Source: Octopus bimaculoides
Lineage: Eukaryota
NCBI RefSeq assembly: GCF_001194135.2
Contig: NC_069000.1
Span: 33,397,433 to 33,438,368, forward strand
Direction: 5' to 3'
Length of the DNA stretch: 40,936 nt
Shown: positions 11,690 to 23,750 of the stretch, piece by piece
Layout: each line of letters opens with the position of its first letter
Position numbering within the stretch: position 1 is the first letter of the stretch
Notes under the pieces: generated by a model
Seen by the model: the letters and a program-made list of their open reading frames with translations, nothing else
Told to the model about the DNA's origin: nothing
Database searches by the model: none
Program-made: the position numbers and the translations under genes

Positions 11690-11880
11690 CCGTGTTAGTT
11701 TTTGTTAGTTGTTATTGTTGTTGCTGTTGTGGTGGTGGTGGTGATGGTGGTGGTGGTATCGTTTGTTACTTCAGAAGAAATTGTTTTTTTTGTTACTGTT
11801 GCAGTTGTGATGTTTATTGCTGTTGTAGATTTTTGTTACGGTTGTTATTATTGTGGAGTGTTGTTGGTGGATGTGGTGTA
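11690..11880. repeat. Degenerate (GTT/GGT)n low-complexity tract
   Basis: Direct; source of the Cys/Val-rich ORF 11518-11943. Confidence 0.85.
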
Positions 11881-12204
11881 ATAATAAAAATTGTTTCTTC
11901 GATAGTAATATTGGTTCTCGTTCTTCTCGTTCTGGAAGTTTAACTCTGGGCGTCTACCATTCGATTCATATGCCCTGATGTCTGTGTTCACGTAAATGAT
12001 GCTAAATCGAAAACTTTCAACGTGTATCTTGGACTTTGGGAGGGGTGCATAATGCCACTTCTTTTCAAGGTCTTGCATACAAGAAATACCAGAAAACGAC
12101 TACCAATCATCCGTGTTTCGTTTAGTCTCTTCTTCTATCCAATGTCTTCGAGACTTGTGACCTTTGACAGTTCCAGATACTTTCACGCAAGTAACGAAAA
12201 GTTA

Positions 12205-12880
12205 ATCTCGGCCACGACATTGCCGGCAACACGACGATAAAGGTGTGCAGTGCTGTAGTGTTCCCTTGCCTTCTCTACGCCACGTAATGCATGGCTCACT
12301 TCGGCCGGCACACCTAGGCCCCGACGCAAGTCAAGCTTCGACATCTGAACTTCATCTTGCATGTCAGATGGCGGGGTTGCATTCAGGTTGTAGAGGCCTT
12401 GCGCCGCGTGGGTGCAGTTAGTGTGGAGGTCTTCATTACCTCATCGCAGCTGTGCTGGATGAGACATATTTGCAGGACGGAAGGCGGTAGGCACACAAAG
12501 GCAGTTTTCTACGCTGAGCTGCGTCAGGACAGAAGGAGACGTGGTGGCCAGAGATTGCGTTACAAGAATATGCTGAAGAGACATATGAAGAACTCCGGTA
12601 CCCCATCACCTGACACTTGAGAGGAGAAGGCCTTGAGGCGTGATAAATGGCACCGACTGCTGAAGCTCGTATTTGCAGCCCTTGAGTAGAAACAACACAG
12701 AGAATATGAAAGAGCACATGAGAGGCATCACTTCTCGTCTGCGTCAAGTAACTTCACCTACAGCAGATGTCATCGCTGTTACAGACCAGGATCAGGCCTT
12801 GTAGCCCAGATGCGAGCCTGTCAGAGATAATTTCTGAACAGAACAGTCAACGTCGACCGACGACGACGATATGATGATAC
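12205..12880 (+). mobile_element. 5'-truncated decayed RTE (BovB-like) LINE 3' end
   Basis: Translation TIKVCSAVVFPCLLYAT*...QLCWMRHICRTEGGRHTKAVFYAELRQDRRRRGGQRLRYKNMLKRHMK matches the RTE C-terminal pattern KVYxAVVxPxLLY...QLRWxGHxxRM...PKxxFYGEL...GGQxxRYKDxLK. Ends in a gacgacgacgatatgatgat tail. Confidence 0.85.
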
Positions 12881-13143
12881 ATATGAGATGTATTTAAGTA
12901 TTAGTAATTTGTCCTCCACCCTCACATCAAACAATCTCCCTAGCGAAATGAATCCTAACACTAGCCCTCATCACAATGTCTGGAAATTGCTTCTTGTATT
13001 AATTTACATTTCTAAAATGTTTCTTGTTTTGTTTTATATGTTTTTAATTTTGTTGTTAATATTTTCATTTATTGTATTGTGATCTTGCTGGTGTAATGAC
13101 TTATATTGTTTTTTGTTGTTTTTTATTTTATTCTATTATCCAG

Positions 13144-13291
13144 TTTCTTTGATTGCCATTTTACCGATCTGCAATGGCCTCAGATCGTTGGATATGAAAC
13201 CCATTTGTGAGTCGATTTTGGCAGACATTAGTCACGAAACAGTTACTTTATCATTTCCCTCGGATCTTACCGGAATCTGGACATCGCAAAG
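13144..13291 (+). CDS. APCDD1: APCDD1-like protein, internal exon (exon 2-like, phase 1 to 2)
   Basis: Long T-rich acceptor ...ttattctattatccag|, consensus donor AAG|gtgagt; 148 nt encoding xSLIAILPICNG-LRSLDMKPICESILADISHETVTLSFPSDLTGIWTSQR. Resembles the APCDD1 N-terminus as recalled (human [31 protein letters not shown]|CE; second repeat LHGEWVSQRCE). Intron phases match my recollection of the vertebrate gene. Not database-verified. Confidence 0.65.
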
Positions 13292-13732
13292 GTGAGTGCA
13301 ATTTCTGTCAAGTACTTATGCATGTTAAAAATGATCGTACATTCGCGCACCCACGCATACACAGACACGCAGATACACTCACACACACACACACATACAC
13401 ACAAGCATGCATGCACACATAACAGCAAACAATATGCATAGTCGTTTGACATCGAATTGCATATAAATACAGGAAAAAAGCACACACACTCCTGCAGACA
13501 TGCATACACAAATGCATACATTTCCACACTCACTTCATCAAGTAAGCACGCTCACAAACACACACACCAGCAACAGACACCGTGTATAGGTTGGTTATAA
13601 GTTGCTTTAACATTTCACTCATTGAAAAAATCAGAATAAATGAAAAAACATTTATGTAGTTGTTTCGGACCTTGAGAGAAATTAAAAAGGTGAATTTTTT
13701 TTTTCTCATTTCATTATTGGATACCGCTTCCT

Positions 13733-13865
13733 GACGGCGAGCTGGCAGAATCGTTAGCGCGCTGGGCAAAATGCTTTCGGAATCAATAAAATAAGTACCA
13801 GTTGAACACTAAAGTCAACATAATCGACTTACCATCCCCACCCCCAACGTTTTGATAAGTGCCAA
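13733..13865 (+). mobile_element. Family B SINE, internally deleted
   Basis: gacggcgagctggcagaatcgttagcgcgctgggcaaaatgcttt..aataaaataagtaccagttgaacact. Confidence 0.8.
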
Positions 13866-13917
13866 CTCACGAAACTCTTGGATCTTCAGCTACACTGTTA
13901 TTTCTGCTAAATATTAA

Positions 13918-14165
13918 TATGTGTAGGTGTTGGTGGGTGTGTCTATGTGTGTGAGAGTGTGTGAGTGTGCGTATGTGTGTGTGCGTGTTAGTGTATATGC
14001 GTGTGTGTATATGTCTATAAATACACACGTGCGCATGTGTATGTGTGTGTGCACGTGTATGTGTGTGTGCATGTGTATGTGTGTGTGCATGTCAGTGTAT
14101 ATATATGTATATGTGTGTGTGCGTATCACTATATACAGGTGTGTGTGTGTGTGTGTGTGTGTAAA
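13918..14165. repeat. Degenerate (TG)n/(TATG)n tract
   Basis: Direct. Confidence 0.9.
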
Positions 14166-15704
14166 TAAATACATGTTTTGACCGATTCTTTACGGCGAAA
14201 TGAAAAAGCAGCCTCAAGTCCAACAGGATTTAACTTCAGAATATAAATGGGTTATAATTTCAATATTCTTGTTTAGTATTATTGATAGGCAAGTTCCAGT
14301 GTTAGGGCTGGCGTTAAGTTTGAGAACACGTGAATCGTTTCAGTCAACATTTTTCTATTAAATTGAGTTCTAACTTAGGCACAAGGCTTGGCCTACATGT
14401 GGTTTGTGAACGAGTATTGTTGATTAAATCAACTCCAATATTAGGCTGGTGCCGCTTGATACGTACCACAGACTGTTTGATAGATATAAAAGATCCTCAG
14501 GAGAATTTGAACTTAGAATTAATCTCAACACTGAGAATTGAACTCAACACTGCAAGGCATCTTTGATACTGTTCTATCTATTTTAATATTTATTCCCCTC
14601 CTCTTTGTTTCTATTTTCTGTCACTGCTTTGTTTTAATGTCTGAGGAGCGATAAAGTATATGGAATAGGGGATGAAAACCTTAAATATTCACTTGATACT
14701 TTAACATTCTGATTTCAATTGTTACCAGAATCGGCTTGACTGAGTTTCATCTTCCGTCGATAAAATAAATACTGGTAATATACTGGAATAAATTACAATC
14801 AATATTTACCAATTTTCTTTCAAGTTTGTGGACTTGCTCTCATGTTAGAGAGAGAAAAAGACATGGAATAAGTTACATTTCTTTGGTTTTCGAGAGCAAA
14901 TTTCTCAGAAGTTGTCTTTCTGTTCTACTTCTTTTGATTTGATAAAATCAAGACCTAGTTATATACTGTTTCCAGTTTGATTTCATTGCACGCACACACA
15001 CACACATACATATATACCCACCCAATAAATTTATAGTATTAGGACAAGAAGTCTGTGACGATTACTTTAGACATGACACAATAAAAACTTTAAAAGAAAA
15101 TAGATTAATTGTGACACGCACCCTTGTTAATACATTTCAGCGATTTATTTATTCTCCAAACCACACAGACATACACACACATATGCGATAATAAAATTGC
15201 AAGCTTGACATCCTGCTATGATATTTGAACTCAGACTGCGAATGACCGCAAGGTCTTTTTATTAAGCTCGGCGCTCAACCGTTTCTACCAACTCACCCCC
15301 TTACCATATCTAAAATGTTGCTTTTACATCACTTTGTTTAATTTTCTGCTGTCAAAATTAAAAGATTTTAAGATTCTTTGGAAATCATTTATTTACAAAA
15401 AAAATGCGTATCATTCCGAATGTATTACAGCTAATTGTACAAAAATAACAGTAGCATTAATAACGACATTAAATTTAAAGAGCTGGGATGTGCAGCTCCA
15501 GTAATAAATATAGAGGAACAAGAGATATCACGCTGGAACCGAATTCACCAAATCCGCCTGTGTTGTAATTATCCCTGCAGAAAAACTGAATAGTGAACCA
15601 ACGTGGAAGCTCCTACATGGTTTTCAACTTGTTAGGAACAATAGCAAATCACTTTCAAACCACAGTCTTGCCATCTTTAAAAAATATATATATTGTATAA
15701 TGTA

Positions 15705-15790
15705 GTACTGGATATTCACAAAAGATGGATGGTCATGTCGGGAAAGCTTCTGATCATAGGTCTGCTCGATCAGGGCTGACGTAGGACGAA
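15705..15790 (-). repeat. Short dispersed octopus repeat (ccctgatcgagcagacctatgatc...atgaccatcc)
   Basis: Related copies within the window at about 11005-11065, 24685-24735 and 32240-32300. Confidence 0.55.
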
Positions 15791-18242
15791 ACGCCAACAT
15801 CATCAAGAACAGCAGCCAAACGAGGACTCATCAGGAGGAGGATGTCTATGCGGCTGATCGACCTATGGCTCATAAGAGGAAAATCTAAGGAAGAAATTAA
15901 GAAGAGAAGAAAACTTAATGCCTTAAAGAGTTTAAGGTCCATATCTCATTTTGATTCTAATAATAACGGTTTTTAATCTGAATATGTGTAATGATTTTGA
16001 GTATAAATTTTAGCCAACTGCAGTACATCAATGGTACTAACAACCTGTTACATTTAATGTTGATGGATTGGAATTCAAATTCTGTTCATTTGGTTGCATT
16101 TGAGCATTCAGATGTTGAAGCAGGACGGAAAGTAAATGTTTGCAAGATGTGTCCGGAGCTCTACAGCTTTTGTCAACTTTCACCGACTTAACTTCTCCAA
16201 TATATACATAAATACACACACGTCGTTTTCCTTGCAATTGGGTATTTGTTCACTTGTCACATAAACTCGTCCTCCTTCACGTTCTCTGTTTCCTCTCACA
16301 ACTTATCTCTCACTCATTTCTTTTCACCTCGATTCTATCGTTATTGAGACAATAGGGAATAAATCCTTTTTTTTTTCTCTTTCACCTTAAGTGACAAGAA
16401 GCTTGTCGGCGATTTGCACTATAAAATACTTTATTTCATAATAACGAAAAACAAAATAGTAACAGTAACAATAAAAAGAACTATACCAAAGAATAGAGGT
16501 CAAACAAACGTGTTTCAAATGTTTTATGGCGCAGGAAACATTAAAACAAACCAGCATTTTGAAGAAAGTCACACAAGTGACTTTCTTTGTCATTACGTCA
16601 GGTTTTATTTCATTACTACCGACGGTCATTATTGTGTTGTAGAAGAAAAACGAGCTACACTAACGAAGGTTTTTGCAATTTAACAGGCATATGCAAAAGT
16701 TTTAAGTGCATATTTGTTTCAAAAGTAAATTTGACAACTTTTTACTTTTTTTCCTACTTTATGGGACAGGGTGTTAAGCACCACCGCCATCATCGTTTAA
16801 TTCAAATTGGTGACAAAATGGTAGACCATTTCGTTTTACTTTATTTCGTGCTTCTCTTACATTTATATTTTCTTTTATTTCTATTTCTTTATATATTTTG
16901 AATTTTTACTTAATACGCTACTCCTATGTTTATTTTTATTATTTCAGTCTATCATTTCAACTATTTCAACTGTATATGTGTGTGTTAGTAAATGGCCTTT
17001 AATTCTTAGAAACATTATATTCATACTGTCTCATAAATCTCGTGCTTTTCCTCCCCTTTTGCTGAACATATGTGTGCGCGCGCGGGCGTGTGTATGTGTG
17101 TGTGTGTATGTGTGTGTGTGTATGTATGTGTTCATAGGCGTATATATAGAACAATATGCGTAATTTATAGTAAGTATTTCTAAAAGGATTTTAACACTTT
17201 CCGAAGTTACACATTTTTATCTGATTACTTTGGGCATTTAACACCTTATTTACCACCATAAATATAAAGTGATATCACATGACACTATATTCACAGACAC
17301 ATACACAGACGGAAACTGAAGCACACACACATAAACATGTGTGTGAGTGGAGAGAAAGACTGTGTATGTGATAGATGGCAGTAGCAACGAAGTTTCGGCT
17401 AACCGTCATCAGACTGTGACTTAGTTTGGTTCTCCAAGCTTTTTATATGTTTTTGACAGCATGTGCATTTGGTGGATGCAAGGATGTATATGTAAATTGG
17501 TTGTGATGTGAATTTGTAGAGAGAAAGTAGAAATGGCTGTAATAAACGTGTAGTGGGAGATGAACGGGAAGCAAGCGCGAGTCTAAAGGGTGTGGTTTGG
17601 GACGGTAGGAACAGTTGTTTTGGCTTAACAAAAGAAGTATGTTCTCTTTGGTAGCGGTTTCTGGTTGGTTAAAAGTAAAGGATTCTTTTTTGTTTATGCT
17701 ATTGTTTGTGCATAAATCTGAGTACTGAAATATTTGCATAAAAGTTCACGTAAGAGATAGGTTATATTCGAGTCAAAATTTGTGTTAGATGAAAATTTTC
17801 TCAGGCCTACTCAGGATTATTTTGTTACTGTAAGCTGTTAGAGATTGGTATTATGCTATTTTAGTATTTATACGAGAATATTTCTAGATACAATTGTGAC
17901 AGGTTCAATTCATATTAATCATAGATCAGGGACGTATAGAAATTAGCGGTCAGTGTAAAAGGCTTGCCTTTAAGTAAATATTGAAATATATTTGTAAAAG
18001 GCTTTTGGTTAATTTAATTTTTGTTAGTATAAGTTATCTGATGGAGTATACCGATGTGTTCCTAGTTTAATACATTTAGATATCTAAATAAAAGTATATA
18101 TACGACACATATAATTATACATATAGGCATCAATATTAACATATAAATATATGATTATATATACGCTCACATATTTGTACACATATACATAAAGACATAC
18201 ACATAAATACATATACATAAAGACATTCACATATGTATATTA

Positions 18243-18461
18243 TACGAGAGAGTGCTAGTAAGTTCCCGGCTTTAAGGGTATCGCGAAACGCCTGGCTGGA
18301 AGCCCAACCTTCAGAGATTTTTTTACAGGGCTTAGAAATACTGAAGGACCATTGCAATAAGCGTGTAAATCTGAGAGGGGAATATGCTGAATAAAATTAT
18401 GTTCAACTGATCCGCCTGTATTTTCTTTTTACTCAAAGCCAAGAATTTTCAGCATCTTGTA
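18243..18461 (+). mobile_element. Mariner-derived non-autonomous element (MITE)
   Basis: TIRs tacgagagagtgctagtaagttcccggcttt and aaagccaagaattttcagcatcttgta with TA ends. The interior encodes a mariner transposase C-terminus, WLEAQPSEIFLQGLEILKDHCNKRVNLRGEYAE*. Confidence 0.85.
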
Positions 18462-18614
18462 CATACTCATTTGTGCACAAGTGCATGTGTGTGTTCGTGC
18501 ACCTCTAAAAGCCGAATTATAGCAGAACTATATATACATATATATACATATATTGCAAGTGGTAAGAAGCTTGCTTCCGCGAATGCGTCGGGTTATTTGC
18601 TGTCTGGATTTTGT

Positions 18615-18805
18615 AAGAGTCGGACGCAGTATTTTGTGTTGCTCAGGTGTACTCAGACCTTGACGGGTCTGAGTTGTCGTCGGCGGAGGAGGAGCTGGTA
18701 AGGGCGGTCATAAAGCTGGACGGAGTATTGAAGAGAAGGAGTTTTGCTGAAGCCACGGAGGTGAAGCAAAGGGAGCTGGACTTGGCTAGTTTGAAGGAGT
18801 ATGAC
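18615..18805 (+). mobile_element. Probable LINE (L1/Tx1-type ORF1 end) fragment
   Basis: GC-rich open stretch YSDLDGSELSSAEEELVRAVIKLDGVLKRRSFAEATEVKQRELDLASLKEY fused to a SINE head. Resembles a recalled octopus repeat; class assignment is tentative. Confidence 0.4.
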
Positions 18806-19149
18806 TCAACCGGAATACTCAAATACACTCTTGATTTTCGAGTATATTACGACCCCATTCGAAAGCTACAACAAAGTGAGTAAGCGCGTTGCTGATCAGC
18901 GATATATATCTCCATCCAATTGTCTGGTCGATAAAGTGATGCAGTGATATATGTATGCATACACAAACATATATATACACATACATACATGAACGTGAAT
19001 CTCATTACGTATACATATACATACACAAATAGATCCATACAGATGTCCTGCATCTGTTCATATAGGCGACTCCTCCATTAGAACTCTTCTCGTATCTTAC
19101 AAGGCCGTTGATCTCACGCTAATAAAGTTAGGCAAATGGTAATGGTATT

Positions 19150-19345
19150 TTCATGTAGGGGCACAAGGCCATCAGTTTTTGCTTTTGTTTTTTTGCGGAG
19201 GGACTAAGTCGATTACATCGACCCCAGAGCTCGAACCCAAAAGGATAAAAGACAAAGTAGACCTCGACGGCATTTGAACTCAGACCGTAAAGTCGAAGAA
19301 GCACCGCTACGTATTTTTCCGGCGCCGTAGCGATACTGCCAGCAC
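19150..19345 (-). mobile_element. Family B SINE
   Basis: ggcacaaggcc...aagtcgattacatcgaccccag...ggataaaagacaaagtagacctcgacggcatttgaactcag. Confidence 0.8.
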
Positions 19346-19927
19346 ACCTTATGCTGATTTTAAACTCATCTCATTTTATTACCGTCATGAACCTTATCGT
19401 TGTCTTTTATCTTCATTTCTATATCTACTTAACCATCTATTCTTTATCTTATTTATTATCTGTAATTTTACATTTTTTATTAGCTATTTTATTCCTTATT
19501 TTTCATTATCATCACCATCAACACTGTTACCACGCTTTACTAATTAGTACACTTTCTGCAGTCAAATATGCAATGTTCAGCATGGACTGCTTTCCGGGTG
19601 TTGGTGCATATTCAGTTGTTTGGGTATCTGCTAACTGCAATAAGGCTTCACTTTTACATCATGCAGTTATAGCTTTCATTTACGTTGTGCATTTGTTAAA
19701 TTTGTTGGTCTACTTGTTTCCTGCTTCTGATTTGGATATTCTAGCTTTTCTCATTATGAAAGTGTTAAGGGTTGAATTAGATTGCATTACATGTTCGTTT
19801 TCCTTTTATTGTTAGTTAGAAGCTTGATAGCAAACTTCACTTTGTTATAGTGGTTTGCAGTGCCGTCAAATGTTATTTTATCTGAGGATATTCCTGGGGT
19901 GTTTTGATTAATATTATTCACAATGTG

Positions 19928-20060
19928 GTAAGGAGGTGAGGTAGCAGAATCGCTAGCACTCTGGGCAAAATGCTTTGCGGTATTTCGTCCATCTACACGT
20001 TCTAAATTCAAATTCGACTTTATTTTCTCATTGTTTCGGAGTCGATAAAATAAGTACCAC
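19928..20060 (+). mobile_element. Family B SINE truncated by the adjacent RTE
   Basis: ggaggtgaggtagcagaatcgctagcactctgggcaaaatgc...gtcgataaaataagtacca, then an abrupt switch to RTE sequence. Confidence 0.8.
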
Positions 20061-20500
20061 CCTCTTCATCAGAAGCAGCCATCGTTAGACTTCCCAACTA
20101 GATTCCCAAGCATGACCAATTGATATTATAGGTATTATCCAACCATCTCGTTCTTGAACTACCCCTAGGTTTGTCTCAGCTTGAAGAATCAGACTTGCTA
20201 TTCTTTTCTGTGACATTCTAATCACATGTCCGTAATAACGGTGCTGTAACATCACAATGCAGAGAAGTAGTACCTTGAACTGGAAGGACTCCCTGATCTC
20301 CGAGCAACGTATCGTGTCGAGTAACGTTATACCAGTTATATTTCGGAGAATCCTCATTTCAGCTGTTTGTATTCGCTTCAATGCCAGAATCCAATATATC
20401 ATTGGTACTTTTTGAATTGATTCTGGAGAGTTGAAAAGAAAGTGAATTTTGATGAGATTACGTAGGACTTTTGTCTGACACTCGGCTTTTTTAGCCACCC
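20061..20500 (-). mobile_element. Decayed RTE LINE 3' fragment
   Basis: ORF 20085-20498 contains KRIQTAEMRILRNITGITLLDTIRCSEIRES...QHRYYGHVIRMSQKRIA, the RTE C-terminal AEMRxLR...RxxEIR...LRxYGHVxRM motif. Confidence 0.85.
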
Positions 20501-20524
20501 ATCACATTTCTTATTAATAAATAT

Positions 20525-20935
20525 TGGTTTCAAATTTTGGCACAAGGCCAGCAAGTTTCGGGGAGGGGTTAAGTCGATTACATCGATAAATTGGTACTTA
20601 ATTTATCGATCCCGAAAGAATGACGTCGGTGAAATTTGAACTCATGATGTAAAAACGGACGAAGTACGGATAAGCATTTTGCTCGGCGTTCTAATGATTC
20701 TGCCAGCTGCTGCCCCGAAATTAATGATGTTACTATTTAACATAGGTACGGAGCCATGCATTTTGAGGAGCTTAATAGTCCATATGATTATCGATCTGTG
20801 TATATTACAGGTATTTGCTTAATTGATTTCAGAAGGCAAAGTTGATATCATCGAGATTCGAACTCTGAATTTAGACGAACATAGCTACGACAAACTACCT
20901 TCAGGCATATTCGCCGGCCACCGCGCCGAATTTTG
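20525..20935 (-). mobile_element. Two family B SINE copies
   Basis: tttcaaattttggcacaaggccagc...tggtacttaatttatcgatcccgaaag...tgattctgccagctg; a second decayed copy at about 20750-20935. Confidence 0.75.
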
Positions 20936-21473
20936 CTATTCTACCACCCTCACATCAATGTACATGGAAAAGAAACGGAAGTTTACCGAAATATTTGATA
21001 CATTGCAGAAATTAGTTAAACGAGAGACCTAGTTGTTGAAAGAGGAGAATATATAAACATATTTAAAACATTCTCTGAATGATGTTTGCTTGATAAATGG
21101 GCCTGTTGTTTGGGACGTTGTGACAGGCAAAAAGATCTGTATTTCGTTCAGGTACATGGCATATATATATATTCATATGTCTCTATGTACATGGAAATTT
21201 ATATGAGTGGATGAGAGCATAATGTGTGTATGTGTGTTTTGAGTACTTAAGGTATGTTTTTATTTTATTTTAAGCATTAAGTTTTTCTTTTCCATTCAGT
21301 TAATATACGTAAACATTCGTATGTTTATGTACGTATATTATGAATTTATGTATGTAGGTACATGTTTATGTGTATATCTATGTGACTATATATATATATG
21401 TGTGTATTCATTTATATTTGTATCTACACATAAATGTATTTACATGTGCTTATATACATATATATCTGATAAT

Positions 21474-21474
<1 letters not shown>

Positions 21475-21521
<47 letters not shown>

Positions 21522-21752
21522 CGTCGTTGTGTGTGTGCGCACGTGTGTGTATAATATATATATATATATACATAAAATATACATAAAATATGCATAAAAG
21601 TAACTGTATATATTAACATATATGTATGTGTATATATGCATGTATATATATATATAGATGTGTGTGTGTATATACATGTATATATGTGTATGCATATATG
21701 TATACATGTAGATATGTATATATATACATGTATATGTATATATATATGTATG

Positions 21753-21830
<78 letters not shown>
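21475..21830. repeat. (TG)n and (TA/TATG)n microsatellites
   Basis: Direct. Confidence 0.95.
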
Positions 21831-21833
<3 letters not shown>

Positions 21834-21854
21834 TATGGTGAAATGATCATATAT

Positions 21855-23210
21855 CCAACACACGTTCGTGTCTCTAGTTGCTGGGTGTATATGAAAAGCA
21901 AATATAACCTTCTTCTTTACCCGGAAGACAAATAAAAGGCATTTCATGAATTGTATATACTTGCTGAATGGTATACGTGACACACGAGATGTAAATATTA
22001 AATAGGAATGACTGGGAATTCAAATCGCTGCTCTTTGCAAGTAGATACACAACGAAGTGCATCAACACGCTCAGGCTTAACTTACACTTGAAGCAGCAAA
22101 ATATAAATATTACTCAAAATAAACAAGAATATATTTTGATTTGGGATTTGTTTCGCAAGATTCTTGATGTGAAATCGTGTGTTGAAACAGATATTGCTGT
22201 GAACATCATTTTGCCGATAAAAACACATGCTCCCGTTTTACTTATTTTGCTTTTGTTATTATTGTTAGTCAACGCGTTAATTAATTAACCAATAGGTGCA
22301 GGCAAGGATGCGTGGTTAAGAAGCTTGTTTTGCAACCACGTGATTCAGGGCTCAATCCCACTGCGCGATACCTAGGACAAGCGTCTTCTGTTATAGCTCT
22401 GGACACACCAATGCCTTCTGAGTGAATTTGATTGACAGAAACTGAATGGAGCACGTCGAGAAAGTGTGTGTGTTGTGTGGGGGGGGGTCACATAGCTTGT
22501 CAACCGGTGCTGGTTTGTTTACGTCTCCATAATTTAGCAGTCCGGAAAACGAGACGGGTAGAATAAAACTTTAATAAGTACTTCCTTCAGTCTTTCAACT
22601 AAAATCCCTTCAAGGCGGTGCTCCAGCATGGCCGCAGTCCAATGACTGAAACAAACAAAAGATAAAAGATAAATTAGCTAGTTGAATGGAAACAGAATCA
22701 TTGGCGTATATTTTCATCAATAAAATCGATCTACCCAACATACGATTGATTTCTTATGTTTGTATTTTAGAGAATCTACCGACGTACTCAATAAATTAAT
22801 AGTTTCGGTGAACAGTATACTTATATAATACGCAAACTAACACGATTGAATACAAAGAAAGACATATAACCATGACAATCAAGATACGTTATGGATCTGA
22901 ATCTTTCATACGTTCAGTAAAAACCATATATTTTTGTTGTATTTTGAGCAATATCTATAATGTATGCCGATAAGTGTAGGTGAAATCTGAACATGTTTAT
23001 ACATTTCCTGTGAGTTATCTTGGTGCAAAGAAGAAAGATTTCAATTCACAGTTATTTCAATTACATAGTACGCTACGTACATTATGTATTCGGTTTCCGC
23101 GCGTGTATACAACTTAGTTCAATTCAAACACCTTTTATTTATCTTCCGACTGAAGAGAGTTTTGCTTTATTTGATATACACCCAGCAACGAGAAACACGA
23201 ACGTATAGCA
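21855..23210. repeat. Long imperfect inverted repeat (arms about 21855-22140 and 22920-23210) enclosing a SINE
   Basis: The reverse complement of 21860-21940, ccttttatttgtcttccgggtaaagaag...atatacacccagcaactagagacacgaacgt, matches 23133-23205 ccttttatttatcttccgactgaagag...atatacacccagcaacgagaaacacgaacgt. Homology continues inward. Confidence 0.85.
22293..22672 (+). mobile_element. Near full-length family A SINE
   Basis: tRNA-like head gcgtggttaagaagcttg...gggctcaatcccactgcg; 3' end ggcggtgctccagcatggccgcagtccaatgactgaaacaaacaaaagataaaagata. Confidence 0.9.
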
Positions 23211-23269
23211 TTCCTTGACTTGTTTTCGATTTACTTAATCTCTATATCTTTATATGTCTAAGTGTGGGT

Positions 23270-23316
23270 ATGTATGTTTTTATGCATATATGTATACGTA
23301 TACATTAAGTGCATAA

Positions 23317-23385
<69 letters not shown>

Positions 23386-23750
23386 CTATGTATATATGCA
23401 TATATGTATACGTATATACTAAGTGCATATATATATATATATATGTAATGTATAAGTAATATGTATTTATATATGCATATGTATGTACATATGCTTTTAC
23501 ATATATATGTATGTATATATATATGTACATATACGCATATATATGTATGTGTATATATATATGCATACATATTTATATATAAGCATATATATAAACATTG
23601 TACACACACACACATATATATGTATATATATGTGTGTATGTATGTACATACATATACATATATACATACGCATACAATTATCGCGACAGATAGTGTGCGA
23701 GACGGAGAGAGAGAGAGAGAGAGGGGGGGAGAGAGAGAGAGAGGAGATAG
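23270..23750. repeat. (TG)n/(TA)n/(GA)n microsatellite complex
   Basis: Direct. Confidence 0.95.

Noticed and set aside
15726-15975. Basic peptide MDGHVGK...KEEIKKRRKLNALK
   Set aside because: Has an in-frame stop and overlaps a dispersed repeat.
16391-16683. Open frame behind a good acceptor, considered as APCDD1 exon 3
   Set aside because: Phase 2 fits, but it lacks the conserved CE..PGPEF.TR start; the FQMFYG resemblance is too weak.
19351-19815. 154-aa hydrophobic ORF
   Set aside because: Begins at a SINE end in T-rich low-complexity sequence; no motif or convincing splice sites.
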